This document shows positions 20,454 to 31,522 of a stretch of 64,000 nt of DNA, piece after piece (within the stretch, counting starts at the first letter, position 1; each line of letters begins with the position of its first letter). The position numbers and the translations under genes were made by a program. Under the pieces are notes generated by a model that worked only from the letters and a program-made list of their open reading frames with translations, made no database searches and was not told the DNA's origin. This stretch comes from an uncultured Fibrobacterota bacterium (GTDB lineage Bacteria; Fibrobacterota; Chitinivibrionia; Chitinivibrionales; FEN-1185): NCBI GenBank assembly GCA_963729895.1, contig CAVSQB010000016.1, positions 1-64,000 of the forward strand. The letters are read 5' to 3'.

Positions 20454-21326
20454 ATGAACGGCCCAAAGAACTACGTCATTATTTCGCCCGTGCGTGATGA
20501 GGAACAGTACATCGAAAACACGATCCGTTCGGTTATTGCACAAACAATCCTCCCGGTGCGGTATGTGATTGTCAACGATGGCTCCAGCGACAAGACCGGT
20601 TCGATAATCGATGAATACGCCAGGAAGTACCCGTGGATTTCCACTGTTCACCGCGCCGACAGGGGATTTCGCAATTCCGCGGGCGGCGAGGTAGACGCTT
20701 TCTATGAAGGATACAAAACGCTCAATGGCGCGGCGTGGGACTTCATTGTCAAACTGGACGGCGACCTATCGTTTGACCCCGGCTATTTCGAACAATGCAT
20801 TTCCTATTTCAATGCGGAAGAGGACCTGGGCATGGGAGGTGGCGACATTTATAACCTCGAACACGACAAACTGGAATTGGAGCGTGAGCCGCAATTTCAT
20901 GTGAGAGGGGCCGTCAAGATGTACAACAGGGAATGTTGGGAGGCCTTGAGGGGGATGTATGCCATCAACGGCTGGGATACCCTCGACGAAGTGAAGGCAA
21001 ACATGCTGGGATGGAAAACCAAGACTTTCACAAATCTAAAAATAATCCAGCACCGGCCAACCGGCAGGGCCGTCGGCAACTGGAAAAACGCGGTGAAAAA
21101 CGGCGTCGGCGGCTATACGGCAGGATATCACCCTTTGTACATGGTTTCAAAATGCCTTAAGCGCCTGTTTCACAAGCCGTACATTGTCGAATCGGCGGGA
21201 CTCATGTATGGCTTTCTCAAAGGATATTTCGCGCGGATGCCGCGAGTAGAAGACAAGAACCTTATCCGGTACCTGCGGCGGCAGCAATTGAACAGGCTGC
21301 TGCTCAGGCCGACAATCTGGAAGTGA
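20454..21326 (+). CDS. Glycosyltransferase family 2
   Basis: SPVRDE, NDGSSD, LDGD. Confidence 0.9.
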   Translation: MNGPKNYVIISPVRDEEQYIENTIRSVIAQTILPVRYVIVNDGSSDKTGSIIDEYARKYPWISTVHRADRGFRNSAGGEVDAFYEGYKTLNGAAWDFIVKLDGDLSFDPGYFEQCISYFNAEEDLGMGGGDIYNLEHDKLELEREPQFHVRGAVKMYNRECWEALRGMYAINGWDTLDEVKANMLGWKTKTFTNLKIIQHRPTGRAVGNWKNAVKNGVGGYTAGYHPLYMVSKCLKRLFHKPYIVESAGLMYGFLKGYFARMPRVEDKNLIRYLRRQQLNRLLLRPTIWK

Positions 21327-21333
21327 ACGTGGA

Positions 21334-22317
21334 ATGCTATTGTCCGTCATCATAGTCAATTGGAACAGCACCGGCTATCTGCTTCCCTGCCTTTCTTCGC
21401 TGTACGAGCAGACAAAGGGCGTGGACTTCGAAGTGATCGTGGTGGACAATAACTCCACCGATGGCGGTTGCGCGCGCATAGCCGGAAATTTTCCCCAGGT
21501 CCGGCTTATGCAAAGCCCGACCAACCTTGGATTTGCAAGGGCAAACAATGCCGGCTTTGCACTTGCTAAAGGGGATTACCTTCTCTTCTTGAATCCGGAC
21601 ACCGTCGTTGTGCGGAACGCCATCGCAACCGCGGTGAACCATCTTTCTCGGACAAGCGATGCAGGCGCGCTTGGCTGCAAGCTTCTCAACGGCGATTCAA
21701 CGATTCAAACATCTGCCCTGTTACGGTTTCCCACTATCATTAACCAGGCGGTGAACGCGGAGTTTCTGCAAAAACGGTTCCCGCGGCTTGGGCTGTGGGG
21801 TATATCGCCCCTGTATGCAAACCCGGTGAACCCGGTTGAGGTTGAAGCCATATCCGGCGCGTGCATTTTCGTAAAACGGATAGCGTTTGCTCTGGCAGGT
21901 ATGTTCGACACCCGCTATTTCATGTATTCGGAGGATGTTGATTTGTGCTACTCCATCCGAAAGCAGGGTTTCAAAGTGTATTACACGGGCGACGCACAGA
22001 TCATCCACTACGGCGGGAAGAGCACCGATCTTTTGCACACGAGTAACTTTAACGTTCTTATGATGAAAGAATCCGCCTACACGATGCTTTTGAAATGGAG
22101 GGGGAAAAGATATGCCGATCTTTACAAGGCGGCATTTTCTTTTGTCGCAATGGCACGGCTCCTTTTGCTGGCCCTGGCGTTCCCCGTTGCATACCTGCGG
22201 GGAGACGCCGGCCGGATCACATGGTCTCTTGTGAAGTGGAAGAACATCCTCGAATGGGCCACGGGGAATCCGGGCGTTCGGAAAACGTTGGGAAAGTTTT
22301 ACAATGACAACGCCTGA
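21334..22317 (+). CDS. Glycosyltransferase family 2
   Basis: IVNWN, VDNNSTD, LNPD, YSEDVD. Confidence 0.92.
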   Translation: MLLSVIIVNWNSTGYLLPCLSSLYEQTKGVDFEVIVVDNNSTDGGCARIAGNFPQVRLMQSPTNLGFARANNAGFALAKGDYLLFLNPDTVVVRNAIATAVNHLSRTSDAGALGCKLLNGDSTIQTSALLRFPTIINQAVNAEFLQKRFPRLGLWGISPLYANPVNPVEVEAISGACIFVKRIAFALAGMFDTRYFMYSEDVDLCYSIRKQGFKVYYTGDAQIIHYGGKSTDLLHTSNFNVLMMKESAYTMLLKWRGKRYADLYKAAFSFVAMARLLLLALAFPVAYLRGDAGRITWSLVKWKNILEWATGNPGVRKTLGKFYNDNA

Positions 22318-23740
22318 GGGCATTTATAATGTGCTCAATCCGAACCCGCCCGTGGTCGTGGCGGTTCTGCTCATGGGCGTGGCAACGGTTGTCCTGCCCC
22401 GCAAGTATGCACTCTTCCCACTGTTCATCGTTGCCTCCTATATAACGCTTGGGCAGTATGTCGTGATCGCCACCGCAAATTTCACCATGGTACGCATTCT
22501 CATCGTGTTCGGCCTGGTGCGGGTGATGGTCCGTGGCGATCAGGCGTCCGTTGTTCCTAACGGTCTGGACAAGGCCATGATCGCCTGGGCCGTATCGTCC
22601 GTTGTCACCTACACCATTTTGTGGCAATCCGGGCACGCATTCATAAATAGAATGGGTATGTGCTTTGATACCGCGGGCGTGTATCTCGTGTGCAGGCTTT
22701 TTTGTAACGATACCCGTGACATCAACCGGATTTTGCGGTTGTGCGCGGTACTCCTGATTCCTCTTGCGATCGCAATGGTAATTGAATTCCGAACCGGCAA
22801 GAACGTGTTTTCATTTCTGGGCGGCGTTCCTCTTGCATCGGAAATCCGCTACGGCCGCGTGCGCTGTCAGGGCAGTTTTAGGCATCCGATACTCATGGGA
22901 ACATTCGGCGCCACCATGCTCCCGCTGCTTCTCTCCCTCTGGTGGAAAACCGGAAAAGCAAAGACTCTTGCGGTGCTTGGGTCGCTTTCGTGCCTCATCA
23001 TAGTTGCTTGCGCCGGCTCCAGCGGCGCGCTCATGGCTGCAGGTTACGGCATTATCGGGCTCTGCGCCTGGCCTCTTAGATTCAGCATGAGAAGCGTGCG
23101 CTGGCTCATGGTGTTTGCAATTATCATTTTGCAATTTGTGATGAAAGCGCCGTTCTGGTATGTGCTTGCAAGGCTCAGCAGCTTCACCGGCGGCACCGGC
23201 TGGCACAGAGCATACCTCATTGATCAGGCAATCAGGTATTTCAACGAATGGTGGCTCGTTGGCACAAAGGTCACGGCACTCTGGATGCCAACCGGCCTCC
23301 TCACCGACCCTGCCAACACGGACATCACAAATCAATATCTTCTCCAGGGAGTGCGCGGCGGGGTCATTACCATGATTTTGTTTATCGCAATAGTTGCATT
23401 AGGATTTGCAGGGGTCGGAAGAACCGTTCGTATTCTTGAACGTGAAGATTTTTCAGCCAGGATCCTTGTGTGGTCAATGGGAGCGGCTCTGTTTGCGCAT
23501 GCGATATCTTTTGTCTCAGTAGCGTATTTTGATCAAATCCAGGTATTCTGGTATTTCCTGCTGGCGGCGATTTCCACGTCACTCGATTTTGTGAAGTCGG
23601 TTGAAGCGCAAGAAGCCCGCAGCGTACAGCTTGTTGGGACCGGCACTGCCCTCACGAGTGACTCCGGCGCGGCGCATCAAGTCTTGGCCATGGGACCGCT
23701 TACTCCTAGAAGAACCCGGCTCGCCGGGAAATGGGTTTAA
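22304..23740 (+). CDS. wzy: Wzy polymerase / O-antigen ligase-like membrane protein
   Basis: About 12 TM; GRVRCQGSFRHPI, DITNQY; cluster context. Confidence 0.75.
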   Translation: MTTPEGIYNVLNPNPPVVVAVLLMGVATVVLPRKYALFPLFIVASYITLGQYVVIATANFTMVRILIVFGLVRVMVRGDQASVVPNGLDKAMIAWAVSSVVTYTILWQSGHAFINRMGMCFDTAGVYLVCRLFCNDTRDINRILRLCAVLLIPLAIAMVIEFRTGKNVFSFLGGVPLASEIRYGRVRCQGSFRHPILMGTFGATMLPLLLSLWWKTGKAKTLAVLGSLSCLIIVACAGSSGALMAAGYGIIGLCAWPLRFSMRSVRWLMVFAIIILQFVMKAPFWYVLARLSSFTGGTGWHRAYLIDQAIRYFNEWWLVGTKVTALWMPTGLLTDPANTDITNQYLLQGVRGGVITMILFIAIVALGFAGVGRTVRILEREDFSARILVWSMGAALFAHAISFVSVAYFDQIQVFWYFLLAAISTSLDFVKSVEAQEARSVQLVGTGTALTSDSGAAHQVLAMGPLTPRRTRLAGKWV

Positions 23741-23791
23741 GGCAAAGTGAAACGGGTCTTTCACACACACAGACGAAGCCGAGGCCGCTTC

Positions 23792-25330
23792 ATGAAACCA
23801 GACCTGTTTTTTTTGATCCTCGCGGCGTCTTTATGCGCCGCGAAACCCCACTATGTTGACTTTGTAAATGGCTCCGATGCCGCAGGCGGCGATTCTCCCT
23901 CCGATCCGTGGAAGCACTGTCCCGGCGACGAAAACGCAACTGCAGGCGCCCGGAGCACCACGCTTTCTCCGGGAGACATCGTATATTTTCGCGGCGGAAT
24001 TGTTTACAGGGGCCAAATAGCCCTGCCATGGTCCGGCCAAAACGGCGCGCCCGTGGTATATGACGGCAATTCCTCCGGACAATGGGGGTGGGACAAGGCC
24101 ATCGTAGACGGTGAAAACACAAGGTCAGGCGGTTTTGTATCTTCCGCACGGTCCATCAGCAATGTTATAGTCAGGAATTTTGAAATACGAGCGATAAAGT
24201 ATACCGGCGTGGAGTGGGCGGGCGGCAGCGGAATAAAGATTGACAATGCCGACCATGTTACCGTCGCCGATTGCTTCATTCATGAAGTGGGGTATTGGGG
24301 CAACGACGGTTCGATAGTTCCGGCGGGGTCCGGCATAAACATGGTCCAACCGTTGCACTGCGTAATCTCGGGCAACGAAATCACAAAAACCGGCCTCGCC
24401 GGCATTCAGCTCTCCGGGGCGCAAAGTACCATCATTTTGCACAACAATATCCACGATTACGTCACCTGGGGCGTTGACCTCGCCGGCGATTATCAGGTGT
24501 GTGCACGGAATACCGTGTGCGACAACACCATTCACGATCTCTTCCACTATGACAACGGTTTTTGGAAAGGCGCCGGCGACCCCCCGCACTCGGATTTCCT
24601 TTTTATCAGGAAAGGAAGCGGGTTCCATCCTGTTAACAATGTCGTGGAACGCAATTTGTTTTACAACGACGGTGCATTCACCGAGTTCGGCGGTACGGCT
24701 ATGTTGTTTCTTTCGTACGCGGACAGCACGGTGATCAGAAACAATGTGTTTGTCAACGCTCACAGCTACAGCACGGTCTATTTCGGATGGACTTCCACCG
24801 GAACACAATTCTGCAATAACGCCGTTTATTGCCCGCGGACCGGCGCATTACGGTTAAGCACGGGCGGCGACAACATCGTTCAGAACAATATCTTTGTCGC
24901 TCATTCGACCGGTATCACCTACGACAGCGTTTCCGATGAAAGGAACCTGGTCATTGACCACAACCTCTATTGCATGCCGAACGACGGCAAGGTCTTTGCA
25001 CGCATTGTACCCTGGTGCGGATGGAACTTTTCCGCCTGGCAGGGACGCGGATATGATGCGCATAGCAAGCTGTTGTCCTCGGTGTCGCTCTTCAGGTTTG
25101 TCACTGTCGACGGCTATCCGCTGCAATGCCGTGCCATGAACCTGCGATTGCTGCCGGGCAGCCCTGCCATACGTGCCGGGATCAAAGTCGAGGGATTCGC
25201 GGACGACATGAGCGGACGGGATAGGTCACAAACGTCTGCGTGGGACATAGGCCCGTTTGCCTTTGTTCCGAAATCCGGGGACAGCCTTACAACACGAGCG
25301 GCCCAAGGGCAGCGGAAGCAGAAAGAATAG
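23792..25330 (+). CDS. Secreted right-handed beta-helix protein (pectin-lyase fold)
   Basis: Signal peptide, YVDF..GSD....PWK, N/I-rich repeats, C-terminal SPAIRAG...WDIGPF. Confidence 0.8.
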   Translation: MKPDLFFLILAASLCAAKPHYVDFVNGSDAAGGDSPSDPWKHCPGDENATAGARSTTLSPGDIVYFRGGIVYRGQIALPWSGQNGAPVVYDGNSSGQWGWDKAIVDGENTRSGGFVSSARSISNVIVRNFEIRAIKYTGVEWAGGSGIKIDNADHVTVADCFIHEVGYWGNDGSIVPAGSGINMVQPLHCVISGNEITKTGLAGIQLSGAQSTIILHNNIHDYVTWGVDLAGDYQVCARNTVCDNTIHDLFHYDNGFWKGAGDPPHSDFLFIRKGSGFHPVNNVVERNLFYNDGAFTEFGGTAMLFLSYADSTVIRNNVFVNAHSYSTVYFGWTSTGTQFCNNAVYCPRTGALRLSTGGDNIVQNNIFVAHSTGITYDSVSDERNLVIDHNLYCMPNDGKVFARIVPWCGWNFSAWQGRGYDAHSKLLSSVSLFRFVTVDGYPLQCRAMNLRLLPGSPAIRAGIKVEGFADDMSGRDRSQTSAWDIGPFAFVPKSGDSLTTRAAQGQRKQKE

Positions 25331-25341
25331 GAAACTGCGGT

Positions 25342-26859
25342 ATGATGGACAAGATAGTCGCAAATTTCCTTTATTCTTTTGTCGCGGTTTTTCTCGTACG
25401 GTTTATCGGCGGTATTACAACATTCATCATCGCACGGATCCTTTCGCCTGCCGATTACGGATTGTGGGTTACGCTGCTTGTCATTGCCTCGTACGCGCCG
25501 ATCATCTGCCTCGGGACCGTTGAAACCCTGGTCAAGATGTTCCCATTTTTCGTTGGGAGACGGGAACTGGAAAAAGCAAAACGATTGGAATCGAATGTCT
25601 TGGGATCACTGGCCATCGCCGCCGCACTCCTGTTGGCAGCGGGCGCCTCCTTTCATGTATTTACTCATGCCGCGGTCATCAAGTCGCTTGAAAACATTAT
25701 CCGGCTTATGGTACTGGCTGCCTGCCTTGCCCTTTTTTCCGGTTTTTATTATTACCGGTTCACGGCACACCAGAATTTCCGTTATGTCAGTTATATTGAA
25801 ACGCTCCGGGCAATTGGAATGTTTGCCCTCGTCGTTCCGTTCGCATGGCTCTGGGGGCTCATGGGAGCCGCGATGGCATTTACTATTAACGAATTCCTGA
25901 TTCTCTCTTTTTCTTACGGTACCAACAATAGAATTCTGGGCAGACTTGCTATCGGGTTTGATCTGCGGGAAATGAGGGGCCTCGTTACAATCGGATTTCC
26001 CATCACCGTTATCTGGTGGACGTATATGCTTCAGACGTCAATCGACCGGCTTATTTCCATGTCCATGCTGGGGAAGGAAGCAACCGGTTATTACGGACTT
26101 GGCGCGAGCATGGTATCGGCGATTGTTTTGATCCCCATGGTGCTTGGCAGAGTATTGTATCCCAAGGTCAATGAGGAAGTAGGTAGAAACGCAACCCCGG
26201 CCAGGTTAAACCTTTATGTTCTTGCCCCTGCTCAAGGACTCAGTCTTGTATTGCCGTTCTTTATCGGGTTGCTCATTATCCTTACTCCGGAATTGTTCCG
26301 GTTTTTTTTCCCAAAATATGTCCCGGGAATTGCATCGGCCCAAATACTCCTCATCGGAGTATATTTTGTCTGCCTTATCCGAACCGGGGTCAATTATCTC
26401 GTTGCTATTGACAAACAAAACAAGGTGCTCCTGTTCGTTCTGGCAAGCCTGTGCACCAATGTCCTTGCCAGCGTTCTTCTAGTCAAACTTGGCTACTCGA
26501 TTGAGGGAGTATCAGTCGGCACTTCCGTATCCGGATTGGTTCTTGCATTTTTGTTGTGGAAATTGGTGTTTGCGCACCTTGGTTATTCGCTGCGGAAACA
26601 ATTTCGGGAGCTGGGATATTTGCTGATGCCCTTTTCCCTGTGCATGGTTCTATCGATCGGATTACCGGTCTTACTTCGTGCGGTTGCACCGCACTATCTT
26701 CCGCTTGTTTCGTATGGTGCTGCTGCCCTATTTATGCCGCTCTATGCGTTGACCGTCTGGACCCTTCCTCCCCTGAGTTCCTGGAGCAAAGGCCTTTCTT
26801 CGAGGATAAAGGAACAAGTCACCGCCGTATTTTCCAAGCGAACTAGCGCAGAATTGTAA
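25342..26859 (+). CDS. wzx: Wzx flippase
   Basis: ARILSPADYG, IDRL....LG...TGYY; 12-14 TM. Confidence 0.88.
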   Translation: MMDKIVANFLYSFVAVFLVRFIGGITTFIIARILSPADYGLWVTLLVIASYAPIICLGTVETLVKMFPFFVGRRELEKAKRLESNVLGSLAIAAALLLAAGASFHVFTHAAVIKSLENIIRLMVLAACLALFSGFYYYRFTAHQNFRYVSYIETLRAIGMFALVVPFAWLWGLMGAAMAFTINEFLILSFSYGTNNRILGRLAIGFDLREMRGLVTIGFPITVIWWTYMLQTSIDRLISMSMLGKEATGYYGLGASMVSAIVLIPMVLGRVLYPKVNEEVGRNATPARLNLYVLAPAQGLSLVLPFFIGLLIILTPELFRFFFPKYVPGIASAQILLIGVYFVCLIRTGVNYLVAIDKQNKVLLFVLASLCTNVLASVLLVKLGYSIEGVSVGTSVSGLVLAFLLWKLVFAHLGYSLRKQFRELGYLLMPFSLCMVLSIGLPVLLRAVAPHYLPLVSYGAAALFMPLYALTVWTLPPLSSWSKGLSSRIKEQVTAVFSKRTSAEL

Positions 26860-28090
26860 CCCGGTCTTTTTGTACGAAGGTCCCCGCCCTGAAATCCCTC
26901 ACATAAAAACCTTGGGGAAAGGAAGGAATTGCCAAAGAATACGTTCCAGCGGCTTGATTTTGCTCCACAAGTGAGGCCAGCAATCTTCCTTTGAGATCAT
27001 AATATCTGATGGACACGAGGCTCGTCACGGGCAATAGGTATCGGAGGACCCCGGAAGTGCTGCTCACGCTAAACGCGTTTGCTGCAGGCGATTTCTCAAA
27101 AGCCGCCACACCGGGACTCTGCATCGCAGGAATAAGCGGATGACGCCATACGCCGCCGCCATAGAGACCTGCAAAGAGTGCACTGTCATTTATGGAGAGG
27201 CAGAGTACCGCATCGTTGGCGGGCAATCCGTTGCTGATCGCAGCCCAGGAAGCGCCGTTGTCGATAGAGAGAAAAACACCGCTGCTGCCGGTGCCTGCAA
27301 AGAGGTTCCCGCCGTCGGCATAAAGCGACGTAACGATGTCTGCGGATAAACCGTTGCTGGCATCAATCCAGTTCCCACCGTTGTTCCCGGTTCTGTAAAT
27401 CCCTCCCGCCACGGTTCCCGCAAAGAGGCGACCGTTACTGGCGGCAAGAGTATAGATGGAGTAAACCATACCCGGCGTATATGATAGACCGTTGTTGACG
27501 GCCTTCCAGGTGGCGCCGTTGTCTGATGAAATGAATACTCCCCCCCCGTCACCGGTGCCGGCAAAGAGATCGCTTCCGCTCACGGCAAGTGAAAAGACGT
27601 TTGTGCTTGTCAACCCGGAATTTATCGGGGTCCAAGACATCCCGCCGTTTTGGGAAAGAAAAATTCCAGACCGAATGGCGTAGGCATACAGATTATTGCC
27701 ATCTGCTGCCATCCCGTTAATCTGGGGATAGGAACTCATATCGAGCGGATCGCCGGTTAATCCTTGGTTGACCGCAGTCCAGGAACTGCCGTTGTCCGGA
27801 GAAGCGAATATTCCGCTATGAAGCGTGCCCGCGAAAAGTTTACTGCCGTTCACTGCTAAGGAAACGACGGTGTCTTTTGCCAGCCCGGCATTTGTTTCGA
27901 CCCAGTCATTCCCATTGTTCTTTGAAGAAAACACACCGTTGTCGGTCCCGGCAAGAACCATTCCGCCGTCGATCGCGAGAGCACGAATAGGTGATCCCTG
28001 CGGCCCGGCGGTCTGAACCCATTGACCATACACTTGGACTGCCATCAGCAGCCCAACAATCATCGTCAGTTTTTGATTGATCCTTTTCAT
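26843..28090 (-). CDS. Secreted BNR/Asp-box beta-propeller protein with T9SS-like C-terminal domain
   Basis: Six G(V/I)F.S.(D/N)NG..W...N.GL-type repeats; YDLKGR..G.Y tail. Confidence 0.8.
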   Translation of the reverse strand: MKRINQKLTMIVGLLMAVQVYGQWVQTAGPQGSPIRALAIDGGMVLAGTDNGVFSSKNNGNDWVETNAGLAKDTVVSLAVNGSKLFAGTLHSGIFASPDNGSSWTAVNQGLTGDPLDMSSYPQINGMAADGNNLYAYAIRSGIFLSQNGGMSWTPINSGLTSTNVFSLAVSGSDLFAGTGDGGGVFISSDNGATWKAVNNGLSYTPGMVYSIYTLAASNGRLFAGTVAGGIYRTGNNGGNWIDASNGLSADIVTSLYADGGNLFAGTGSSGVFLSIDNGASWAAISNGLPANDAVLCLSINDSALFAGLYGGGVWRHPLIPAMQSPGVAAFEKSPAANAFSVSSTSGVLRYLLPVTSLVSIRYYDLKGRLLASLVEQNQAAGTYSLAIPSFPQGFYVRDFRAGTFVQKDRVTILR

Positions 28091-28142
28091 GCTTGCACCC
28101 CTTTTGACAGTGCCTACGGCCACGCACTGACCATAATAATGT

Positions 28143-28157
28143 GCAAGGATTATGCCG
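28143..28157 (-). promoter_or_regulatory. Sigma-54 promoter of the propeller gene
   Basis: CGGCAT-AATCC-TTGC(A). Confidence 0.65.
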
Positions 28158-28253
28158 AGGAAATGTTCGAGCGATCAGGATAAACGAAGCGGGTTTCCGA
28201 GGAAGATTCGCAGTCCTGATAACCGTAACAGCAAATACGGGAATGATGCCGGA

Positions 28254-29996
28254 TTAGCGGTCCAGAACGATGATCCTTCTGGTCGAATTGTCCTTTTCCG
28301 AATGGAGCAGGTAGACAACGTTTCGTTGCAGACTGAACAACCCCGCCACCCTTCCGAAAGCGGTGTAGGCGACGTAGCCGGGTTTGCCTGCAAGCAAGAG
28401 GAATTCCTTGTACGACAGCACTTGAGGGTGGTTGTTTTCAACCACTTGTGAAGTGCGAAGACCGTTTATGGTGCCGGTACCTGTCTTGCATTCGTACGCC
28501 CCGATGTCCCAGGCGTTCCCCTGCGGACGCTCGGTAAATTCGTTGTCACAGGTGAAGCCGGGAAGAGTTACGCCGGCATCGACCGCCGGGCTTGTTGCCA
28601 AAATGCTCAGGTCCATGGTCTGACAGGCGGTCGGGTAGCCTGTAACGTTTGCGAATTTAACGGCAGCGGCCGATGAAACCTGTAAGCTGTGGGTGTCGTA
28701 ACCGTACGATTGCCATTGTGCGAATGTCGCGTAGCGGGCAGGCGTTATCCTGACGAAATCCTGTTGCTGGACAACGTTATAAAACAGATTATAATCGCTT
28801 ATCAAGCCAGTTTCGTCTATGACGGCCGTGTAGGCTATTGACGATTGATAGGTGATTATGATGTTATTACGGATATCGGAGTAACCGTTGGTTTCGAGGA
28901 AGACTCCGGCCGGTCCGTTGCTCCCCGTGAACGCATTCGGGGCATATATCGTATTGTTATAGAATTTTGTGCCGGATGATGTCCAGGAGAAACGTGTCGC
29001 GTAGTATCCATGAGGATTGACAAACACATTGTTGCGGACAGTCGTGGAATCCGCGTACGAAAGAAAGAGCATGGCGGTACCGCCGAACTCGTCAAAACTT
29101 TGATTATTATAAAAAAGATTTCTTTCCACTATGTTTTTTACCGGGTGTTGGCTTGTCGCCCCGCCTTGACGGATAAATATGTAATCCGTGTGAGGAATGT
29201 TGGGATCATTGGGGATACCCCAGTAGCCCGCATCGTACTGATACAAATCGTGGATAGTGTCGTCACACGCATCATTGCCGGTGCACAGATCATAATCGCC
29301 GCCGATATCTATGCCCCAGGTGATGTAATCGTGAATATTGTTGTGCGAAAATGTGCAGTTGACGGAACCATCGACCTCAATGCCTGACAAACCGGTTCGG
29401 GTGATTTGGCAACCCGTGATCACGCAACTCTTCGGCCTCAGCATGTTCACGCCGTTACCTGCCGGGATAATCGATCCGTCGTTTTGCCAGTATCCGACAT
29501 CGTGCAGGTAACAACCGGCGATGGTCACATTGCTTGCGTCATCGATCTTTATTGCGGCCCCGCCCTGCCAGGCTACTCCGGTGTATTTCATGTTCTCAAT
29601 CTCAAAGTTCTTTATCGTTACATAGCCGGTTGCGCCAGACGTACCGCTGAAGCCGTACGACCGCAGATTTTCTCCATCGATGAGCGCTTTCCCGGTTCCC
29701 CATGTTCCGGCCGAATTCCCGTCATAGGTAATCTGCGCCGAGGCGGAACCGGACCATTTGACCGAGACTTGGCCTTTGTAAACAACACCACCCCGAAAGA
29801 TAACCGTGTCTCCTGCCACCAGGGAAGTCTGCGCCGGCACCTGGGACGCGGCGGAATCTCCGGGACAGTTCTTCCATGCGCTTGTCTGGGCCACTCCTGT
29901 ACAGGCATTTGAGCCGCCTGAGAAATCAACATAGTACGTTGCAGACCATGATAGCGAACTGCCGAAAAAGAGCACCAAAAAGAAGACTTTCTTCAT
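28254..29996 (-). CDS. Secreted right-handed beta-helix protein, paralog of 23792-25330
   Basis: Signal peptide MKKVFF..; shared blocks such as EFGGTAMLFLSYADST; extra C-terminal domain. Confidence 0.82.
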   Translation of the reverse strand: MKKVFFLVLFFGSSLSWSATYYVDFSGGSNACTGVAQTSAWKNCPGDSAASQVPAQTSLVAGDTVIFRGGVVYKGQVSVKWSGSASAQITYDGNSAGTWGTGKALIDGENLRSYGFSGTSGATGYVTIKNFEIENMKYTGVAWQGGAAIKIDDASNVTIAGCYLHDVGYWQNDGSIIPAGNGVNMLRPKSCVITGCQITRTGLSGIEVDGSVNCTFSHNNIHDYITWGIDIGGDYDLCTGNDACDDTIHDLYQYDAGYWGIPNDPNIPHTDYIFIRQGGATSQHPVKNIVERNLFYNNQSFDEFGGTAMLFLSYADSTTVRNNVFVNPHGYYATRFSWTSSGTKFYNNTIYAPNAFTGSNGPAGVFLETNGYSDIRNNIIITYQSSIAYTAVIDETGLISDYNLFYNVVQQQDFVRITPARYATFAQWQSYGYDTHSLQVSSAAAVKFANVTGYPTACQTMDLSILATSPAVDAGVTLPGFTCDNEFTERPQGNAWDIGAYECKTGTGTINGLRTSQVVENNHPQVLSYKEFLLLAGKPGYVAYTAFGRVAGLFSLQRNVVYLLHSEKDNSTRRIIVLDR

Positions 29997-30361
29997 TTTT
30001 TTATTCTTTTTTGTTAATCGTTTAAGGGAATTGCCGCAACTCACCTTAACGCCTGAACGTGACTCATTATCTTTTATCAATCTTTGAACAACTCTACATC
30101 ATCGCACCCTGGATTACACACTTCGCGCGTACTCCTCACTCACCTTTCAAATATACCGAAACTCTATCGGATAGTGAGAAAAATTCACAGAATTTCCGAA
30201 CGGCCTTTTTTTCCCACCTCCTTTCTTGGACAACCGTTAATTAATTCGTTATCTAGGGGCCGGATATTGGCAGTTTTCTTTGAATCCTATAAGCGAGCGC
30301 ATTGTCACTGTTTTCCCGGGGCCGTGAATATCCAGTACCGAGGCGAAGCGTCTGGAAATTG

Positions 30362-31519
30362 CTATTTTTCTTGAGCTATCATCAGAAAGCGGAAGAGGCG
30401 GACCCGGAAGCAAAGATACGCTCCTGCAAACGCCCCGACCGTGTCGCAAATTAGATCGGACAGTTGCGAGCTCCTGCCCGGCAGAAACACCTGGGCGAGC
30501 TCGATGCCGAGGCTGAATGCAAACCCCGCGAGGACAACTGCCGCAATCACTTTCCGGCGTTTCATGCCTTGCAGATGCGAGAGAAACCGTGCGAGAAAAA
30601 AGCCAAAGGGGCTAAAGCCGATGACGTTTACGGCGATATCACTATAATACGACTCATCGTTGGTAAAATCGTTCCAGAACGGCACAAGCACGTTGCCCCC
30701 GATGATCGGGAAACGGCTGCGAACCGCCATCGCATGGCGGCCGCCTGAACAGCTGCGCACAAGCGAAACAGGCTTCGTAAACGCAAAACCCATGATCTGC
30801 TTTCCCTGGCGCGCGCTGTCGCACGCGGTGCAGTCTACCGCGCTGAGGCCATGCATCGAGCGTTGCGACAGATCGCCCACAGCCAGCGAGAAACACTGCA
30901 GGGTGCCGTTCCAGGTAAATTTGCCGGTGAGCGATCCGCCCAGTGCAAGGCGGAGGCGACCGCGCGTGCTGCTCCCAAACAACCGGAAGGTCTTGTCCTC
31001 AAGCGCCTGCCGGTTGTCCACAAAGATCCTCGTTCCGCTGGGACCGGTGATGATCACAATATCCCGCGTTGTTCCCGCGCGGAGCACATCACGGACCGAA
31101 ACCTCCTTTTCTGCGGTGCTTCCCAAGGCGGTACGGGCTTCGAAGGTCTTGAGGATAAGATGGGATTTCCACTGTCCCACAACGGCGCAAAGCCGACTAC
31201 CTCTCGTAAACGAGACAATCTGAGAAATGAACCACGAAGATTCCCCGGCAGGGCGCAGACGGACCGCAAGGGTTACCGTCGATTCGGCGAGCGCCGTTCT
31301 TTCTGCCACATCCAGTACGCCGGTATCGTAAATAGCCGCAGGGCGGGAAAAGGAAATTCCTTCTTCGCTTTTTTCAAACACTGCCCTGTTGGGAGGGCAA
31401 AAAGTAAACGGCCACAGGCCGGCGCAAAGCATGAGCCCCACCACACCCGAGGTGATGCCTCCATAGACAAAAAGGGCTATCGAATGCGGCGGAACTGTTC
31501 TTGACATTTGCGCCAGCAC
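30362..31519 (-). CDS. VanZ-family membrane protein with extracytoplasmic (ConA/LamG-like) domain
   Basis: DIAVNVIGFSPFG, IELAQVFLPGR..DL. Confidence 0.8.
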   Translation of the reverse strand: MLAQMSRTVPPHSIALFVYGGITSGVVGLMLCAGLWPFTFCPPNRAVFEKSEEGISFSRPAAIYDTGVLDVAERTALAESTVTLAVRLRPAGESSWFISQIVSFTRGSRLCAVVGQWKSHLILKTFEARTALGSTAEKEVSVRDVLRAGTTRDIVIITGPSGTRIFVDNRQALEDKTFRLFGSSTRGRLRLALGGSLTGKFTWNGTLQCFSLAVGDLSQRSMHGLSAVDCTACDSARQGKQIMGFAFTKPVSLVRSCSGGRHAMAVRSRFPIIGGNVLVPFWNDFTNDESYYSDIAVNVIGFSPFGFFLARFLSHLQGMKRRKVIAAVVLAGFAFSLGIELAQVFLPGRSSQLSDLICDTVGAFAGAYLCFRVRLFRFLMIAQEK

Positions 31520-31522
31520 CGT

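Noticed and set aside
27190..27960. Periodic nucleotide similarity
   Set aside because: Explained by protein BNR/Asp-box repeats; not a CRISPR array
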